Origin: Escherichia coli
Lineage (GTDB): Bacteria > Pseudomonadota > Gammaproteobacteria > Enterobacterales > Enterobacteriaceae
Length of the DNA: 64,000 nucleotides
Assembly (NCBI RefSeq): GCF_011045215.1
Contig: NZ_CP049201.1
Strand: one strand, 5' to 3'
Shown here: one piece after another, positions 60,834-64,000 of the stretch
Numbering within the stretch: the stretch's first letter is position 1
Layout: each line of letters starts with the position of its first letter
Made by a program: the position numbers and the translations under genes
Notes under the pieces: model-generated
The model's input: the letters and a program-made list of their open reading frames with translations, nothing else
What the model was told of the DNA's origin: nothing
Database searches by the model: none

Positions 60834-61529
60834 TCAGGCGAATCCCGGCCGTAACACACCATCCGGAAAATTCTCCGCCAGCAGTTTTTTTACCGATACC
60901 AGCAAATCATTCAGCCCATCGTCCTGCATTCCCAGTTTGATAAGCTCCTGTTCCAGTGAAAACAGGTATTGTGCGTTGGTTCCCAGCGGACCGCTCGCCG
61001 CCGCAATCAACGGCGCGATGACCTGAGCGCGAGTGTCAGATTCATATTCTGGATGTCGCGGGTCCATAATAAACACAATGGCGTTTACTGTGCGTCCATC
61101 ATCAAGATCAAGCTGACACCAGGTTGGCAGATAACAGCCGGTAATCATCTCGCGCTTCCACAACAGGGTTAGTTCCTGCTCCAGCGTCTCTTCTGGCAGT
61201 CGATAGGCGACGCCTGTGGTACGTCCGCCCTCTTTCAGTGCAAGCATCCGTCCCGGCTGGTGCGCAGTCCCGCGCCCAGCGGTCAGGCGCAGGCAAAACG
61301 CGCGATGCCATCCAACCAGTGTACCGGTGCACGACTCGGTAAACTCCAGTGCCGGATTCCACATCAACGATCCATAACCGAAGATCCACACCGGTCCCTC
61401 ATCAGGTCGACAAGCCAGCGTCGCCGCCAGCGAAGCCGCCCGTTGTTCTGCTGACCATAAGAGTGATTCTTCAATGGCACCAAATGCCGTTTTACAATCG
61501 GCATTCATCAAGAAATCACGCGTTATCAC
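60834..61529 (-). CDS. chaC: Glutathione-specific gamma-glutamylcyclotransferase ChaC
   Basis: GTG start. ...VWIFGYGSLMWNP motif. 231 aa. Confidence 0.9.
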   Translation of the reverse strand: MITRDFLMNADCKTAFGAIEESLLWSAEQRAASLAATLACRPDEGPVWIFGYGSLMWNPALEFTESCTGTLVGWHRAFCLRLTAGRGTAHQPGRMLALKEGGRTTGVAYRLPEETLEQELTLLWKREMITGCYLPTWCQLDLDDGRTVNAIVFIMDPRHPEYESDTRAQVIAPLIAAASGPLGTNAQYLFSLEQELIKLGMQDDGLNDLLVSVKKLLAENFPDGVLRPGFA

Positions 61530-61686
61530 CTTACACCTCCGCCACTGCATACTTCCCTGCGACAACTATTTGGTGTCTTCCGGACATTTTTACTGCTCAT
61601 TTTGAAACCACTAACGGGACAATATGCAATCCGCGGACCACTTGCAAGGCAACACCGCACGAATAGCTTTAACTAAGCTACCGGTT

Positions 61687-61917
61687 TTACGATTTTTTAT
61701 GCCATTTATCATCATCCCCTTTGGCATATTCATGCTTCACAGCAGCCCAGGCCACTTTATGCGCGGTTTCTTCGCGACTGGCGTCATCACGCCGATCTTC
61801 TTTATCTTTATATTGATCCCATGCGCTGTTGAACGCTTCTTTATAGATATCCTGGGCATGAGACGGTAGAACGTGCTTTACGCTTTCCGGCAGGTCGCTT
61901 TTCGTTTTATACGGCAT
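61687..61917 (-). CDS. chaB: Cation transport regulator ChaB
   Basis: MPYKTKSDLPESVKHVLPSHAQDIYKEAFNSAW..., 76 aa. Confidence 0.95.
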   Translation of the reverse strand: MPYKTKSDLPESVKHVLPSHAQDIYKEAFNSAWDQYKDKEDRRDDASREETAHKVAWAAVKHEYAKGDDDKWHKKS

Positions 61918-62186
61918 CGTTGACTCCTTTTACAAAGTTGAACATTAAGTGTGGTCAACAATATCTACTCTTGCCAAAACATAAGAATTTTCGTGTCAGA
62001 CTGTTCTTAAGAAACGCTAAAACAAACATTGTCTAAACGTATTACTTATTTTTATGCCCCAATGAGTAAAAAATCGACAGCGGGGTAAAATTTCGTAAAA
62101 TGTTACCGATATCCAGACACTTTCTGTTATTTTTCCTACCTATTTTTTACATTTTCGACAAATTCATCTGCAAAGGGATAACCATA

Positions 62187-63287
62187 ATGTCAAATGCTCA
62201 AGAGGCGGTGAAAACCCGCCACAAGGAGACTTCGCTTATTTTCCCGGTTCTGGCGCTGGTAGTGCTGTTCCTGTGGGGAAGCAGCCAGACACTACCAGTG
62301 GTCATTGCCATCAATCTTCTTGCGCTTATTGGTATTTTAAGTAGCGCCTTTAGTGTTGTCCGTCATGCGGACGTATTAGCCCATCGCCTGGGAGAACCTT
62401 ACGGTTCGCTTATTCTTAGCCTTTCAGTGGTTATTCTTGAAGTCAGTTTGATTTCAGCTTTAATGGCAACCGGCGACGCCGCGCCAACGCTAATGCGTGA
62501 TACGCTCTATTCAATCATTATGATTGTTACCGGTGGGCTGGTTGGCTTTTCATTATTGTTGGGCGGTCGTAAGTTTGCCACCCAATATATGAATCTGTTT
62601 GGTATCAAGCAGTATTTAATTGCGCTGTTCCCCCTGGCGATAATCGTACTGGTATTTCCAATGGCTCTGCCTGCGGCGAATTTTTCAACCGGTCAGGCGT
62701 TACTGGTAGCATTAATTTCTGCGGCAATGTATGGCGTATTTTTGCTGATCCAGACCAAAACGCATCAAAGTTTGTTTGTCTACGAGCACGAAGATGACAG
62801 TGATGACGACGACCCGCACCACGGTAAACCGTCTGCCCATAGCAGCCTGTGGCATGCTATCTGGTTGATTATCCACCTGATTGCCGTTATTGCAGTCACC
62901 AAAATGAACGCCAGCCCGCTGGAGACTTTGCTCGACAGCATGAATGCCCCTGTCGCCTTTACTGGCTTCCTGGTGGCACTGTTGATTCTGTCGCCGGAAG
63001 GTTTAGGTGCATTAAAAGCAGTGTTGAACAACCAGGTCCAGCGCGCGATGAATCTGTTCTTTGGTTCAGTGTTAGCAACAATTTCGCTTACCGTACCTGT
63101 CGTCACGCTAATTGCATTTATGACGGGTAACGAATTGCAGTTTGCACTTGGTGCGCCAGAAATGGTGGTGATGGTGGCCTCTTTAGTGCTGTGCCATATC
63201 TCCTTCTCCACCGGACGTACTAACGTGCTCAATGGCGCAGCGCATCTGGCACTGTTTGCCGCCTATTTGATGACGATATTTGCCTGA
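62187..63287 (+). CDS. chaA: Ca2+/H+ (Na+/H+) antiporter ChaA
   Basis: MSNAQEAVKTRHKETSLIFPVLALV..., 366 aa. Confidence 0.95.
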   Translation: MSNAQEAVKTRHKETSLIFPVLALVVLFLWGSSQTLPVVIAINLLALIGILSSAFSVVRHADVLAHRLGEPYGSLILSLSVVILEVSLISALMATGDAAPTLMRDTLYSIIMIVTGGLVGFSLLLGGRKFATQYMNLFGIKQYLIALFPLAIIVLVFPMALPAANFSTGQALLVALISAAMYGVFLLIQTKTHQSLFVYEHEDDSDDDDPHHGKPSAHSSLWHAIWLIIHLIAVIAVTKMNASPLETLLDSMNAPVAFTGFLVALLILSPEGLGALKAVLNNQVQRAMNLFFGSVLATISLTVPVVTLIAFMTGNELQFALGAPEMVVMVASLVLCHISFSTGRTNVLNGAAHLALFAAYLMTIFA

Positions 63288-63414
63288 CAGTTATATCTCC
63301 TCCGATGACGGAAATCGGGGGAGATAATATAAATTCCTGCTTATTGTATTTCTTCATACTACCTGGACAGGTCGTTAATCAGAATTGCGAGCCTGTACCA
63401 CAACCTGCACGAAT

Positions 63415-64000
63415 CCACTGCAACAGCTGTTGAAAAGCCGGAATGTACTCTTCATTGCAAACATTTCAGGGATGAAGTGAAGATGAATTGAGACGTAGTA
63501 TCCACACCAAGCCGGCGTTATCCGGTGAGGCGCAATGTTGCGGGGGCTTTATCCCTGGTGGCATTGGTTGCTGGAAAGAGAAAACCCCCGCACGTTGAGA
63601 GGTAAAACCTGACAACAGAACGGGGGCTAATCTTGAAACCAGACACTTCAAGAATAGCCGCAAAATGTTGTCATTACAACAAGGCGGCTATATGACGCTC
63701 GCGCAGTTTGCCATGACTTTCTGGCACGACCTGGCGGCACCGATCCTGGCGGGAATTATTACCGCAGCGATTGTCGGCTGGTGGCGTAACCGGAAGTAAG
63801 GTGAAAACGGGCGTCAGGCTGCCGTGATGGCAATATGCGCCCGAAACCGGCCGCAGGGGTAACAGCCTGCGGCCATTTTTGTCTTTATCACTTCCACAAG
63901 TAAATATTGGCAACCCGAGCTGGAAGCATCATCCAGAGCACTCATGAAACGACTGTAACAGCTGTTGAAAAACCGGAATGCACTCTTCATTGCAAACATT
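63415..64000 (+). repeat. Long direct repeat (LDR) units of the ldr/rdl type I TA locus. One full unit plus the start of the next.
   Basis: caacagctgttgaaaagccggaatgtactcttcattgcaaacatt (63421) recurs at 63957 with 3 mismatches, a period of 536 bp. Confidence 0.85.
63692..63799 (+). CDS. ldrC: Ldr-family type I toxin (35 aa)
   Basis: MTLAQFAMTFWHDLAAPILAGIITAAIVGWWRNRK. The symbol is assigned only by position next to chaA. The antisense Rdl RNA was not mapped. Confidence 0.8.
   Translation: MTLAQFAMTFWHDLAAPILAGIITAAIVGWWRNRK

Overview
The window has two parts. Positions 1 to about 22,350 are the integrase-proximal ~22 kb of a lambdoid prophage of Rac/Qin type. On the minus strand it carries a lysis cassette, an orphan DNA methyltransferase, antiterminator Q, RusA, a nin-like region with a hok/sok locus, DnaC-like and O-like replication genes, and CII-like and Cro-like genes. 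On the plus strand it carries a DicA-like repressor, a dicB-type operon (ydfA/B/C homologues, DicF sRNA, DicB, YdfD), a RecE-N-terminal/3'-5' exonuclease fusion, Xis and Int. The prophage abuts the 3' end of ompW; its other end lies beyond the window start. Positions 22,352 to 64,000 are E. coli core chromosome collinear with K-12, as far as I recall its sequences: ompW, yciCBA, tonB, yciI, kch, yciY, clsA, yciU, oppFDCBA, ychE, adhE, tdk, hns, galU, rssBA, ychJ, purU, tRNA-Tyr, narIJHG, narK, narXL, ychO, ychN, chaCBA and the first Ldr/Rdl long direct repeat. I saw no extra cargo in this part. The most interesting material is in the prophage. Each of its three lytic transcription units contains one counter-oriented, AT-rich cassette with its own expression signals and no family I can recognise. 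The first is a 336-aa single-pass membrane protein wedged between Q and the late genes. The second is a 151-aa plus-strand ORF between the CII-like and replication genes, with a perfect -10 and a strong SD, that overlaps a minus-strand ORF for 317 bp. The third is a coiled-coil/zinc-ribbon gene inside the dicB-type operon, split by one in-frame TAA. No CRISPR array, rRNA or IS element was seen. All homology statements come from memory of protein families; no database search was possible.
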